A DNA stretch of 64,000 nt from an uncultured Candidatus Rokubacteria bacterium (GTDB taxonomy: Bacteria; Methylomirabilota; Methylomirabilia; Rokubacteriales; CSP1-6): NCBI GenBank assembly GCA_963771355.1, contig CAVYTA010000007.1, forward strand, positions 1 through 64,000, read 5' to 3'. Made by a program: the position numbers and the translations under genes. The notes below the pieces were generated by a model. It had not been told where the DNA came from, searched no databases, and saw only the letters and a list, made by a program, of their open reading frames with translations. The first letter of the stretch is position 1. Every line of letters starts with the position of its first letter. Shown here piece by piece: positions 9,900 to 19,741 of this stretch.

Positions 9900-9935
9900 A
9901 GGGCTCCCGAAAAATATCGGGGGCCCTTCGTGTTT
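9900..9935 (+). terminator. Probable intrinsic terminator after the tRNA fragment
   Basis: AGGGCTCCCGA-AAAATA-TCGGGGGCCCT stem followed by TCGTGTTT. Confidence 0.55.
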
Positions 9936-10007
9936 GGGTCGTCTTTGGCAGGCTTGTGAAAACTGTGCCATAATGACGCGGGCCAACGGGGAAAAGGACA
10001 AGACCTG

Positions 10008-10901
10008 ATGGGAATTTCGCTCCCTCTCCTGGAGCCGTCGACTCCGCCAAACTCGCCCAAGCCGGCCTGGCTCAAGGTGCGGGCGCCGGGCGGGCCGAAG
10101 TACCTCCGTCTCAAGGGCCTCATGCGCGAGTGGAACCTGCACTCCGTGTGCGAGGAGGCCCACTGCCCGAACATCGGCGAGTGCTGGGAAGATCTCACCG
10201 CGACGTTCATGATCCTCGGCGACGTGTGCACGCGGAACTGCGGCTACTGCGCGGTCACCCATGGGCGTCCGCAGTGGGAGGACCGCGAAGAGCCGGAGCG
10301 GGTGGGCCGGGCGGTGGGCGAGCTGGCGCTGGAGCACGTGGTCATCACCTCGGTGAACCGCGACGACCTCGCCGACGGCGGCGCCGCGCACTTCGCCGCC
10401 ACCGTGGGCGCCATCCGGCGCCACGCGCCCGGCTGCCGCGTGGAGCTGCTCATCCCTGACCTCCAGGGCAATGCCGACGCGCTCGACACCGTGATCGCGG
10501 CCGGGCCGGACATCCTGAATCACAATACCGAGACCGTGCCGCGGCTCTACAAGGTGGCCCGCCACGGCGGACGCTACGAGCGGACGCTGGACCTCTTCCG
10601 CCGGGCGCGCCGCGTCGCCCCCGGCCTCCTCACCAAGTCCGGGATCATCCTGGGCCTCGGGGAGGAGCGGGACGAGCTGGTGGCGACCCTGCGTGACCTG
10701 CGGGAGGCCGACGTGAACATCCTCACCCTCGGCCAGTACCTCCGGCCGTCCGCGCAGCATCTGCCGGTGGCGCGCTACTACCACCCCGACGAGTTCCGCG
10801 AGCTGGGCGAGATCGGCCGCGCGCTGGGCTTCGCTCACGTGGAGTCGGGTCCCCTGGTGCGCTCCTCCTACCACGCGAAGTCGCAGGCCAAGGGGCTCTG
10901 A
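10008..10901 (+). CDS. lipA: Lipoyl synthase
   Basis: CEEAHCPNIGEC, CTRNCGYC, RSSY motifs. Confidence 0.97.
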   Translation: MGISLPLLEPSTPPNSPKPAWLKVRAPGGPKYLRLKGLMREWNLHSVCEEAHCPNIGECWEDLTATFMILGDVCTRNCGYCAVTHGRPQWEDREEPERVGRAVGELALEHVVITSVNRDDLADGGAAHFAATVGAIRRHAPGCRVELLIPDLQGNADALDTVIAAGPDILNHNTETVPRLYKVARHGGRYERTLDLFRRARRVAPGLLTKSGIILGLGEERDELVATLRDLREADVNILTLGQYLRPSAQHLPVARYYHPDEFRELGEIGRALGFAHVESGPLVRSSYHAKSQAKGL

Positions 10902-10904
10902 GCG

Positions 10905-11258
10905 GTGGAGTTCTTCCAGCTCTTTCTCGTCTTCGCGATCGCGGCGGGCGTGGGCGGCCTCCTGCTGGGCATCCCCTCGCTCATCGCGCCCCGGCGCGTC
11001 AACGCGATCAAGATGGAGCCGTTCGAGTGCGGCAAGGACCCGGTGGCGCTGCCGGAGGGCCGCTTCGCGATCAAGTTCTCGACCATCGCCATCTTCTTCA
11101 TCATCTTCGACGTCGAGATGCTCTTCCTCTGGCCCTGGGCCACGCTCTACTACGCCAACCGGGGCTGGTTCCTCTTCCTGGAGATGATGGTATTCCTGGG
11201 CATCCTCATGCTGGGCTTTCTCTACATCTGGAAAAAGCGGGGGCTCGAATGGGAGTAG
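10905..11258 (+). CDS. nuoA: NADH-quinone oxidoreductase subunit A
   Basis: PFECG, FIIFDVE, three TM helices, GLEWE end. Confidence 0.93.
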   Translation: MEFFQLFLVFAIAAGVGGLLLGIPSLIAPRRVNAIKMEPFECGKDPVALPEGRFAIKFSTIAIFFIIFDVEMLFLWPWATLYYANRGWFLFLEMMVFLGILMLGFLYIWKKRGLEWE

Positions 11259-11707
11259 GCAGCTTCTTCACCTCCAAGCTGGACGAGGCCATCGGCTGGG
11301 CGCGAAAGTACTCCATCTTCCAGTACCCCTTCGTGACCGCGTGCTGCGGCATGGAGTACATGGCCACCGCGTGCTCGCACTACGACGTCGATCGCTTCGG
11401 GGCGGGGCTGCCGCGCTTCTCCCCCCGCCAGGCCGATGTGCTGTTCGTGGTGGGCACCATCAGCCACAAGATGGCGCCGGTGCTCAAGCGGATCTACGAC
11501 CAGATGTGCGAGCCCAAGTGGGTGGTGGCCTTCGGCGTGTGCACCTGCACGGGCGGCTTCTACAACAACTACGCCACCGTCCAGGGGATCGACACCATCA
11601 TCCCGGTGGACGTGTACATTCCCGGCTGCCCGCCGCGTCCCGAGAGCGTGATCGACGGCCTGATGAAGCTTCAGGACAAGATCGCCGCGGGCGCCCAGCG
11701 CTACTGA
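11249..11707 (+). CDS. nuoB: NADH-quinone oxidoreductase subunit B
   Basis: TACCGME, FSPRQAD, PVDVYIPGCPPRPE. Confidence 0.95.
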   Translation: MGVGSFFTSKLDEAIGWARKYSIFQYPFVTACCGMEYMATACSHYDVDRFGAGLPRFSPRQADVLFVVGTISHKMAPVLKRIYDQMCEPKWVVAFGVCTCTGGFYNNYATVQGIDTIIPVDVYIPGCPPRPESVIDGLMKLQDKIAAGAQRY

Positions 11708-11709
11708 GC

Positions 11710-12207
11710 ATGGACGGCGCGGCGATTCTCGCGCGGCTGGGGGCGCGCCTGGGCGGGCGCGTGCTCGAAACCCACGCGCACCGGGGCGACCATACCGCGG
11801 TGGTGGCGCGCGAGGGGCTGCTCGACGCGCTTGCCTTCTGCCGCGACGAGACGGAGCTGCGCTTCGATCTCCTCGCCGACCTCACCGCGGTGGACTACTC
11901 GAAGTTCCCCGGCCGCGAGGATGGGCCGCGCTTCGAGGTGGTCTATCACCTCTATTCCGTCCCCCACAATCACCGCGTGCGGCTCAAGGTGCGGGTGGAG
12001 CAGGACGACGCGGTGGTGCCCACCGCCACCTCGCTCTGGCCCATCGCCAACTGGCTCGAGCGCGAGGTGTGGGACATGTTCGGCATCCGCTTCGAGGGCC
12101 ATCCCGATCTCCGCCGCCTCCTCCTCTACGAGGAGTTCGAGGGTCACCCGCTGCGCAAGGACTACCCCATCGAGCGCCGCCAGCCGCTGATCGGGCCGAA
12201 TGTTTAG
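11710..12207 (+). CDS. nuoC: NADH-quinone oxidoreductase subunit C
   Basis: WLEREVWDMFGIRFEGHPDLRR, GHPLRKDYP. Confidence 0.95.
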   Translation: MDGAAILARLGARLGGRVLETHAHRGDHTAVVAREGLLDALAFCRDETELRFDLLADLTAVDYSKFPGREDGPRFEVVYHLYSVPHNHRVRLKVRVEQDDAVVPTATSLWPIANWLEREVWDMFGIRFEGHPDLRRLLLYEEFEGHPLRKDYPIERRQPLIGPNV

Positions 12208-12432
12208 CGAGCCGCAGCCGCAGGCGAGGCGAGCGGAGATGGAAATGGGTCCCGAGCGGAGCGAGGGGGCGAGCCGCAGCCGAGGCGAGGCGAGCGGATA
12301 TGGAAATGGGTCCGAGCGGAGCGAGGGGGGCGAGCCGCAGCCGAAGGCGAGGCGAGCGGAGATGGAAATGGGTCCCGAGCGGAGCGAGGGGGGCGAGCCG
12401 CAGCCGCAGGCGAGGCGAGCGGATATGGAAAT
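12207..12432 (+). repeat. Tandem repeat, ~3.6 copies of a 61-63-nt unit between nuoC and nuoD
   Basis: Unit GCGAGCCGCAGCCG(C/A)AGGCGAGGCGAGCGGA(G/T)ATGGAAATGGGTCCCGAGCGGAGCGAGGGGG starts at 12207, 12269, 12330 and 12393. Confidence 0.95.
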
Positions 12433-12438
12433 CAGGAA

Positions 12439-13812
12439 ATGAGCACGCGCGAGACGCGGGAGCTGTTCCTCGGCGAGGGGCCCGGGACGGGTGGGAACAG
12501 CCAGCACCTCTTCGTCAACCTGGGGCCGGCGCATCCGGCCATGCACGGCATCATCCGCATCTTCGCGGAGCTGGACGGCGAGATGATCGTCAAGGCGGAC
12601 GTGGAGATCGGCTATCTCCACCGCGCCTTCGAGAAGGACTGCGAGATCGGCCCGTACAACAACGCCATTCCCTTCACGGACCGCCTCAACTACGTCTCCC
12701 CCCTCATCAACAACTTCGGCTACGCCGCCGCCGTCGAGAAGCTCCTCGGCATCGAGGTCACCGAGCGCTGCCAGTACATCCGCGTGATCATGAGCGAGAT
12801 CTCCCGGATCTGCGACCACCTCACCTGCGTGGGGGCGGGATCCATGGAGCTGGGCGCCTTCACCGTCTTCCTCTACATGATCAAGGCCCGCGAGTACCTC
12901 TGGGAGCTCGTGGAGGACGTCACCGGCGCCCGGCTCACCATCTCCTACGGGCGCGTGGGCGGGGTGAAGGCCGACCTGCCGGCGGGCTTCGACTTGAAGG
13001 TCAAGAAGGCCTTCGGCGAGGTGCGGCAGGTCCTCGACGAGGTCCACACCCTCGTCACCGCCAACCGGATCTTCATGGACCGGATGGTGGGGGTGGGGGC
13101 GCTGTCCGCGGCGGAGTCGATCGCCTGGGGCATCACCGGCCCGCTGCTCCGCGCCGCCGGCGTGAACTACGACCTCCGCAAGGCGCAGCCCTACTGGGCC
13201 TACGGCCGCATCCCGTTCGAGGTGCCGCTGGGCAAGAACGGCGACAACTTCGACCGGTACCTGGTGCGGATGGGCGAGATGGAGCAGTCGATGCGCATCG
13301 CGGAGCAGGCGCTGGAAGGGCTGCCCGGCGGCTCCATCCAGGTGGACTGGGAGGGCAAGGCCATCGACCCCGCCGCCTACGTGGACCGCGGCAAGCAGGG
13401 GAAGACGGAGGGGCTGCTCCTGGTGCCCATCCAGCTCTCGCCCAATCTGCAGGGTCAGGGGCGCAACGCGCAGCAGCGGGTCAACGTGCCCGACAAGCAG
13501 GTGGTCCTCCCGTCCAAGGAGACCGCCTACGGCTCCATCGAGGGGCTGATGAACCACTTCATGCTCGTGATGGACGGCTTCGGCATCCGCCCGCCCGCGG
13601 GGGAGGCCTACGTGCCGGTGGAAGGCGCCAACGGCGAGCTGGGCTTCTACGTGGTCTCGGACGGGAGCGACCGCCCGTACCGCGTGCGCTGCCGCCCGCC
13701 CTGCCTGCCGCCGGTGGCGGCGCTGCCGCGGATGATCGAAGGCCAGATGCTCGCCGACGTCGTGCCCACCTTCGGCTCCGTCAACATGATCGGCGGGGAG
13801 CTGGACCGCTGA
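12439..13812 (+). CDS. nuoD: NADH-quinone oxidoreductase subunit D
   Basis: NLGPAHPAMHG, GYLHRAFEK, DRLNY, GELGFY, GELDR end. Confidence 0.95.
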   Translation: MSTRETRELFLGEGPGTGGNSQHLFVNLGPAHPAMHGIIRIFAELDGEMIVKADVEIGYLHRAFEKDCEIGPYNNAIPFTDRLNYVSPLINNFGYAAAVEKLLGIEVTERCQYIRVIMSEISRICDHLTCVGAGSMELGAFTVFLYMIKAREYLWELVEDVTGARLTISYGRVGGVKADLPAGFDLKVKKAFGEVRQVLDEVHTLVTANRIFMDRMVGVGALSAAESIAWGITGPLLRAAGVNYDLRKAQPYWAYGRIPFEVPLGKNGDNFDRYLVRMGEMEQSMRIAEQALEGLPGGSIQVDWEGKAIDPAAYVDRGKQGKTEGLLLVPIQLSPNLQGQGRNAQQRVNVPDKQVVLPSKETAYGSIEGLMNHFMLVMDGFGIRPPAGEAYVPVEGANGELGFYVVSDGSDRPYRVRCRPPCLPPVAALPRMIEGQMLADVVPTFGSVNMIGGELDR

Positions 13813-14297
13813 TGCCCGACGCCACCGCGCCGCAGTTCACGCCCGAGCAGCTCGCGGAGGTACGCCGGCTCCAGGGGCTCTATCCCGACCGGCAGGGCGC
13901 GCTCCTGCCCGTGCTCCACATGGCCCAGGACACCTACGGGTACATCTCGCTGGAGATCGAGGAATACGTGGGCAAGCTCTTCGACCTCACGCCCGCGCAT
14001 ATCCACGAGGTGGTCACCTTCTACACGATGTATTTCCAGAAGCCGAAGGGGCGCCACGTGGTGGCGGTGTGCCACAACCTCACCTGCCACCTCATGGGCG
14101 CCAAGGGCATCGTCGAGCACCTCAAGGCGCGCCTCGGAGTGGAGCCGGGCGAGACCACCGCCGACGGACGGATCACCCTCCTCACCGTCGAGTGCCTCTG
14201 CGCCTGCGAGGTGGCGCCCATGCTGCAGGCGGACGATCGCTACGAGGGGCTGCTCACGCCGGAGAAGGTGGACCGCATCCTCGAGGGGCTCCGCTGA
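13812..14297 (+). CDS. nuoE: NADH-quinone oxidoreductase subunit E
   Basis: VVTFYTMY; CHNLTC and CLCAC [2Fe-2S] ligands. Confidence 0.93.
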   Translation: MPDATAPQFTPEQLAEVRRLQGLYPDRQGALLPVLHMAQDTYGYISLEIEEYVGKLFDLTPAHIHEVVTFYTMYFQKPKGRHVVAVCHNLTCHLMGAKGIVEHLKARLGVEPGETTADGRITLLTVECLCACEVAPMLQADDRYEGLLTPEKVDRILEGLR

Positions 14298-15547
14298 TGG
14301 CCGAGCTCATTCTCTCCAAGAACTTCGAGGTGCGCGACGCCCATACCCTTCGCGTCTACCGGGAGACGGGCGGCTACAAGGGCTGGGACAAGGCCAGGGG
14401 GATGGAGCCCGCCGCCATCACCGAGGAGGTGAAGAAGTCCAACCTCCGCGGGCTGGGCGGCGCGGGCTTCCCCACCGGGGTGAAGTGGGGCTTCATCCCC
14501 AAGGGCTCCCCCGCGCCGAAATACCTCGTGGTGAACGCCGACGAGGGCGAGCCGGGCACCTTCAAGGACCGCTACATCCTGGAGCGCGACCCCCACGCCC
14601 TGATCGAGGGCATGCTGATCGCCGCCCGCGCCATCGACTCCCGGCTGGGCTTCGTCTACATTCGCGGCGAGTACGTGCAGTCGTGGCGCGTGTTCAGCGC
14701 GGCGGTGAAGGAGGCCTACGACGCGGGGCTGCTCGGCCCGGGGGTGCCCGGCGGTGGTTTCGACATCGTGGTCCACCGCGGCGCCGGGGCCTATATCTGC
14801 GGCGAGGAGACCGGCCTCATCTCCTCGCTGGAGGGCAAGAAGGGCTGGCCCAAGCTCAAGCCGCCCTTCCCCGCGGTGAAGGGCGCCTTCGGGCAGCCCA
14901 CCATCGTGAACAACGTGGAGACGCTCGCGTGCCTGCCGCCCATCATGACCCGCGGCGCCGCGTGGTTCGCGGGGCTCGGCACCAAGACCCAGGGCGGCAC
15001 GCGGCTCTACTCGGTCTCGGGCCACGTGGTGAAGCCCGGGGTGGTGGAGGCGCCGGTTTCGGTGACTCTCCGCGCGCTCATCTACGATCACTGCGGCGGC
15101 ATCCGCGGCGGCCGCGCGCTCAAGGCGGTGGTGCCGGGCGGCTCCTCGTCGGCCATTCTCACGCCGGACGAGATCGACATCCCCATGGACGTGGACGGGC
15201 CCAAGAGCAAGGGCTCCATGATCGGCTCCGCCGGCATCGTGGTGATGGACGACACCGTGTCCATTCCCGACGCCCTCATGGTGATAGCGCGGTTCTACGC
15301 GCACGAGTCGTGCGGGCAGTGCACCCCGTGCCGCGAGTCCACCGGCTGGATCTACAAGATGACCCACCGGATCGTGGAGGGGAAGGGGCGCAAGGAGGAT
15401 CTCGACATCATCCTCGACGTGGCCCGGCGCGGCACCGGCACCACCATCTGCGCCTTCTACGACGGCGCGGTGGGGCCGTACATCAGCTACATCGAGAAGT
15501 TCCGCGAGGAGTTCGAGACCCTGATCCGGAGCGGCGCGCATGCCTAA
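14297..15547 (+). CDS. nuoF: NADH-quinone oxidoreductase subunit F
   Basis: LRGLGGAGFPTG, NADEGEPG, GAYICGEET, ESCGQCTPCRE. Confidence 0.96.
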   Translation: MAELILSKNFEVRDAHTLRVYRETGGYKGWDKARGMEPAAITEEVKKSNLRGLGGAGFPTGVKWGFIPKGSPAPKYLVVNADEGEPGTFKDRYILERDPHALIEGMLIAARAIDSRLGFVYIRGEYVQSWRVFSAAVKEAYDAGLLGPGVPGGGFDIVVHRGAGAYICGEETGLISSLEGKKGWPKLKPPFPAVKGAFGQPTIVNNVETLACLPPIMTRGAAWFAGLGTKTQGGTRLYSVSGHVVKPGVVEAPVSVTLRALIYDHCGGIRGGRALKAVVPGGSSSAILTPDEIDIPMDVDGPKSKGSMIGSAGIVVMDDTVSIPDALMVIARFYAHESCGQCTPCRESTGWIYKMTHRIVEGKGRKEDLDIILDVARRGTGTTICAFYDGAVGPYISYIEKFREEFETLIRSGAHA

Positions 15548-17156
15548 GCTGACCGTCAACGGCAAGGAGATCGCCGTGCCCGACGGGACCAATCTCATCG
15601 AGGCCGCCCGCGCGGCCGGCGTCGAGGTCCCGCACTACTGCTATCACGCCGGGCTCAGCATCGCGGGCCAGTGCCGCCTGTGCATGGTGGACATCGACAA
15701 GGTGCCGCGGCCGCAGATCGCCTGCAATACGCAGGCCGCCGAGGGCATGGTGGTGCAGACGGAGACCGAGCGGGTGAAGGACACCCGGCAGGCGATGATG
15801 GAGTTCCACCTCATCAATCATCCGCTGGACTGCCCGGTGTGCGATCAGGCGGGCGAGTGCTGGCTGCAGATCTACTACATGAAGCACGGGCTCTACGACC
15901 CGCGGATGACGGACGAGAAGGTCCACAAGCCCAAGGCAGTGCCGCTGGGCCCGCACGTCATCCTGGACGCCGAGCGCTGCATCCTCTGCTCGCGCTGCGT
16001 GCGCTTCTGCGATGAGATCACCGGCACCGGCGAGCTGGGCATCTTCCACCGCGGCGATCACTCGGAGATCGGGCTCTTCCCGGGGACCGCCCTGGAGAAC
16101 GCGTACTCCGGCAACGTCATCGACATCTGCCCGGTGGGCGCGCTCACCGACCGCGACTTCCGCTTCCAGGTGCGCGTGTGGTACCTCGACACCGCCAAGA
16201 GCATCTGCAACGGCTGCGCGCGCGGCTGCAACATCGAGATCCACACCAACAAGCACCGCACCCACCACAACCAGGGCAAGCGCGTGGCGCGCCTCAAGCC
16301 GCGCTTCAATGCCGAGGTCAACAAGTGGTGGATCTGCGACGCGGGACGCTACGGCTTCCGCTGGATCGACGACGAGAGCCGCCTCGCCGCTCCCGGGGTG
16401 ACGGTGGACGGGCAGCCGGTGGAGACCACCTGGGACGACGCGGTGGCCACCTTCGCGGGGCGGCTGTCCCAGTACCGGCCCGAGGAGATCGGCGTGCTCG
16501 CCTCGCCCCAGATGTCCAACGAGGACCTCTGGGCCCTCCGGCGCCTCCTCGACGCCCTCGGGGTGGTCCACCGTGACTTCGCGGTGCCGCCGCGCGAGCC
16601 GGGGGAGGACGACAAGCTCCTGATCCGTGCGGACAAGAACCCGAACACGCGCGGCGCGCAGCTGGCGGGCCTGGGTCCGGCCGCGGGCGGGCTCGACGCC
16701 GGGGGCATCCTCGACGCGGCCGCCGCCAAGAAGATCAAGCTGCTGTGGGTGCTCCACCACGACCTCACCGCCTCGGGATTCGCCGCCTCGCGGGTGGCGG
16801 CGGCACTGGCGGGCGCGGAGACGATCGTTTTCCAGGGGACCAACGCGAATCCCACCTCGGCGCGGGCGGCCCTGGTGCTGCCCAGCGCGGCCTACGCGGA
16901 GCGCGACGGCACCTTCACCAACTTCGAGGGGCGCGTGCAGCGCTTCCGCCCCGCCATGGCGTCCCTGGGCGAGGCGCGGCCGGACTGGCTGATCTTCGGG
17001 CTCGTCGCCGACCGCCTGGGCAAGGCGGGCGCGGACGCCGCGCTCACCGCCGAGCGGGCGGACCAGGTCTTCCTGGCCCTCGCCGCCGCGGTGCCGGCCT
17101 TCGAGGGGATGCTCTACCGCACGCTGGGGGACACCGGCCAGATGGTGAAGGCGTGA
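15540..17156 (+). CDS. nuoG: NADH-quinone oxidoreductase subunit G (short form)
   Basis: PHYCYH, GQCRLC, HPLDCPVCDQAGEC, CILCSRC, CNGCARGC. Confidence 0.92.
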   Translation: MPKLTVNGKEIAVPDGTNLIEAARAAGVEVPHYCYHAGLSIAGQCRLCMVDIDKVPRPQIACNTQAAEGMVVQTETERVKDTRQAMMEFHLINHPLDCPVCDQAGECWLQIYYMKHGLYDPRMTDEKVHKPKAVPLGPHVILDAERCILCSRCVRFCDEITGTGELGIFHRGDHSEIGLFPGTALENAYSGNVIDICPVGALTDRDFRFQVRVWYLDTAKSICNGCARGCNIEIHTNKHRTHHNQGKRVARLKPRFNAEVNKWWICDAGRYGFRWIDDESRLAAPGVTVDGQPVETTWDDAVATFAGRLSQYRPEEIGVLASPQMSNEDLWALRRLLDALGVVHRDFAVPPREPGEDDKLLIRADKNPNTRGAQLAGLGPAAGGLDAGGILDAAAAKKIKLLWVLHHDLTASGFAASRVAAALAGAETIVFQGTNANPTSARAALVLPSAAYAERDGTFTNFEGRVQRFRPAMASLGEARPDWLIFGLVADRLGKAGADAALTAERADQVFLALAAAVPAFEGMLYRTLGDTGQMVKA

Positions 17157-18280
17157 ATCCAGCCGATCTCATGACGGGGCTGCCCGGCGACATGATCGCC
17201 GCCGCCATCCCCGTCGCCTTCATCATGTTCGTGGTGCTCAACTTCGGCGGGATCCTCACCTGGGTGGAGCGCAAGCAGTCCGCCATCATGCAGGACCGCA
17301 TCGGCGCCAACCGCGCGTCCATCTACGGCATCCGCGTCCTGGGCCTGCTCCACCCGGTCGCCGACGCCATCAAGATGCTGACCAAGGAAGACTTCATGCC
17401 CGCGCGGGCGGACCGGCTGCTCTTCGTGCTGGCCCCCTTCGTGTCGGTGTTCTTCGCGCTGGCCGCCTTCGCCTCCATCCCCTTCGGCGACACCCTCCAC
17501 CTCCTGGGCCGTGACATCCCCCTCCAGGCGGTGACGCTCAACGTGGGCATCCTCTACGTGCTCGGCATGCTCTCCCTGGGCGTGTACGGGCTCATGATGG
17601 CGGGCTGGGCGTCGGCCAACAACTACGCGCTGCTCGGCGGGCAGCGCGCGGCCGCCCTCATGATCTCCGCGGAGATCGCCATCGGCGCCTCCATCATGGG
17701 GGTGGTGATGGTGTACGGCTCGCTGAACCTCCAGGACATCGCGCGCGGCCAGGGTGAGCCGCTCCTGCCGAAAATCTTCGGCCAGTGGATTCCCGCCTGG
17801 GGCATCGTGACCCAGCCGCTCGCCTTCTTCCTCTTCCTCACCGCCGGTATCGCCGCCACCAAGCGCATTCCCTTCGACATGCCGGAGGGCGAGTCCGAGA
17901 TCATCGGCTACTTCGTGGAGTACAGCGGGATGAAGTTCGGGATGTTCGCCATGGCGGACTTCCTGGAGACGGTGGTGATCGCGGGCATGACCACCGCGCT
18001 CTTCCTGGGGGGCTGGCAGGTGCCCTACCTCCAGGCCTCGGGGTTCGTCTTTCCATGGGGCGGGACGGTGGGCTTGCCGCATCTCGCGGTGGTGGGCCTT
18101 CAGGTGGGCGCCTTCCTCCTGAAGGTCATCGTGATGATCTGGCTCCTGATGCTCATTCGCTGGACGCTGCCCCGGTTCCGCTACGACCAGGCGATGCGGC
18201 TCGGCTGGCTGGGGCTCTTCCCGCTGTCCATCCTGAACATCGTGTTGACGAGCCTGGTGCTCCTCGCGGTGGGGAGATAG
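17153..18280 (+). CDS. nuoH: NADH-quinone oxidoreductase subunit H
   Basis: ERKQSAIMQDRIG, ADAIKMLTKED, PFDMPEGESE, RWTLPRFRYDQ. Confidence 0.95.
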   Translation: MNPADLMTGLPGDMIAAAIPVAFIMFVVLNFGGILTWVERKQSAIMQDRIGANRASIYGIRVLGLLHPVADAIKMLTKEDFMPARADRLLFVLAPFVSVFFALAAFASIPFGDTLHLLGRDIPLQAVTLNVGILYVLGMLSLGVYGLMMAGWASANNYALLGGQRAAALMISAEIAIGASIMGVVMVYGSLNLQDIARGQGEPLLPKIFGQWIPAWGIVTQPLAFFLFLTAGIAATKRIPFDMPEGESEIIGYFVEYSGMKFGMFAMADFLETVVIAGMTTALFLGGWQVPYLQASGFVFPWGGTVGLPHLAVVGLQVGAFLLKVIVMIWLLMLIRWTLPRFRYDQAMRLGWLGLFPLSILNIVLTSLVLLAVGR

Positions 18281-18283
18281 ACG

Positions 18284-18880
18284 ATGCCGGCCCAGTACCA
18301 GCGCCCCGGTCAGCCGATGGACCCGCGGCACTCGAACCGGTTGACCGTGCGCCAGCGCTTCTACCTGATCGAGATCCTGGGGGGCCTCCGGCTCACCGGC
18401 GTGCGCTTCTTCTCGAACATGTGGAAGCACACCCTGCGCATGCTCGGGGTCAAGGGCGTGCGGGGCGCGGTGACCATCGAGTACCCGGAGGAGCGCCGCC
18501 CCTACTCGCCGCGCCTGCGCAGCCTCCACCGCCTGGTGCGCCGGGAGGACGGCTCCCCTCGCTGCGTCGCCTGCATGATGTGCGAGACGGTGTGCCCGGC
18601 CCACTGCATCTACATCGTGGCCAGCGAGCATCCCAATCCCGAGATCGAGAAGGTGCCGGAGCGCTTCGACATCGATCTGGGGAAGTGCGTCTTCTGCGGA
18701 TACTGCGTGGAGGCCTGCCCCGAGGACGCCATCCGCATGGACACGGGCATCCTCGAGTTCTCCTCCTTCAGTCGCCTGGGGATGATCTACGACAAGCAGA
18801 CGCTCCTGGCCCTCGATCCGGCCGGACCCGACGGGTCGCCGACGTCTCCGGTGCCGATTCCCGCGGACCGGAGGATCTGA
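18284..18880 (+). CDS. nuoI: NADH-quinone oxidoreductase subunit I
   Basis: TIEYPEE; CVACMMCETVCP and CVFCGYCVEACP. Confidence 0.94.
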   Translation: MPAQYQRPGQPMDPRHSNRLTVRQRFYLIEILGGLRLTGVRFFSNMWKHTLRMLGVKGVRGAVTIEYPEERRPYSPRLRSLHRLVRREDGSPRCVACMMCETVCPAHCIYIVASEHPNPEIEKVPERFDIDLGKCVFCGYCVEACPEDAIRMDTGILEFSSFSRLGMIYDKQTLLALDPAGPDGSPTSPVPIPADRRI

Positions 18881-19377
18881 TGCAGATCCCGGGCTTTCTG
18901 CTGCTGGCGGTGCTGGTGGTGGGCACGGCGCTGGGGGTGGTCCTCCTGCGCAATCCCATCCACGCGGTGCTGCTTCTCTCCATCAACCTCGCCGGGGTGG
19001 CCGCGCTGTACCTGATGCTCCAGGCGCAATTCCTGGCCCTCATCCAGGTCATCGTCTACGCGGGGGCCATCGCGGTGCTCTTCGTGTTCGCGATCATGGT
19101 GCTCATCCCGGGCAAGGAGGAGACGGGGCCGGACCCCTTGCACGCCCAGCGCTGGCTCGCCGTTCCCCTGGTCGGCCTGCTGCTGCTGGAGGTGCTGCTC
19201 ATCCTCCGCTCCAACGCCTTCCAGGTCAGCCCGCCCGCCCCGGGCGCGCCCACCGGGGTGGAGCCGCTCTACCGGCTGCTCCTCACCGACTTCCTCTTCC
19301 CGTTCGAGGTCACCTCCGTGCTCCTCCTCGCCGCCTTCGTGGGCGTGATGGCGCTGACGAAGCGCAAGGCGTCCTGA
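18880..19377 (+). CDS. nuoJ: NADH-quinone oxidoreductase subunit J
   Basis: QVIVYAGAIAVLFVF, PFEVTSVLLL. Confidence 0.93.
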   Translation: MQIPGFLLLAVLVVGTALGVVLLRNPIHAVLLLSINLAGVAALYLMLQAQFLALIQVIVYAGAIAVLFVFAIMVLIPGKEETGPDPLHAQRWLAVPLVGLLLLEVLLILRSNAFQVSPPAPGAPTGVEPLYRLLLTDFLFPFEVTSVLLLAAFVGVMALTKRKAS

Positions 19378-19380
19378 GCC

Positions 19381-19683
19381 ATGGTCCCTCCCTCCTACTA
19401 CGTGGCGCTCTCGGCGGTGCTCTTCGCCATCGGCGTGCTGGGGGTGCTCATCCGGCGCGATCCGCTCATCATCTTCATGTCCATCGAGCTGATGCTGAAC
19501 GCGGCCAACCTCGCGCTGGTGGCGTTCGGCCGCGCCCACGGCAGCGCCGACGGGCAGGCCCTGGCGCTGTTCGTGATGGCGGTGGCCGCCGCCGAGGTGG
19601 CGGTGGGCCTCGCCATCATCGTCTCGATCTTCCAGCTTCGCCGGCGCCTGTCGGTAGACGAGCTCAGCGTGATGCGCGGGTAG
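19381..19683 (+). CDS. nuoK: NADH-quinone oxidoreductase subunit K
   Basis: [22 protein letters not shown]. Confidence 0.95.
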   Translation: MVPPSYYVALSAVLFAIGVLGVLIRRDPLIIFMSIELMLNAANLALVAFGRAHGSADGQALALFVMAVAAAEVAVGLAIIVSIFQLRRRLSVDELSVMRG

Positions 19684-19741
19684 GACGTCCGGCGAGCCGC
19701 CGCCGCGTTCTCGCGGTACGATACGTTCAGGAGGACCCTTG

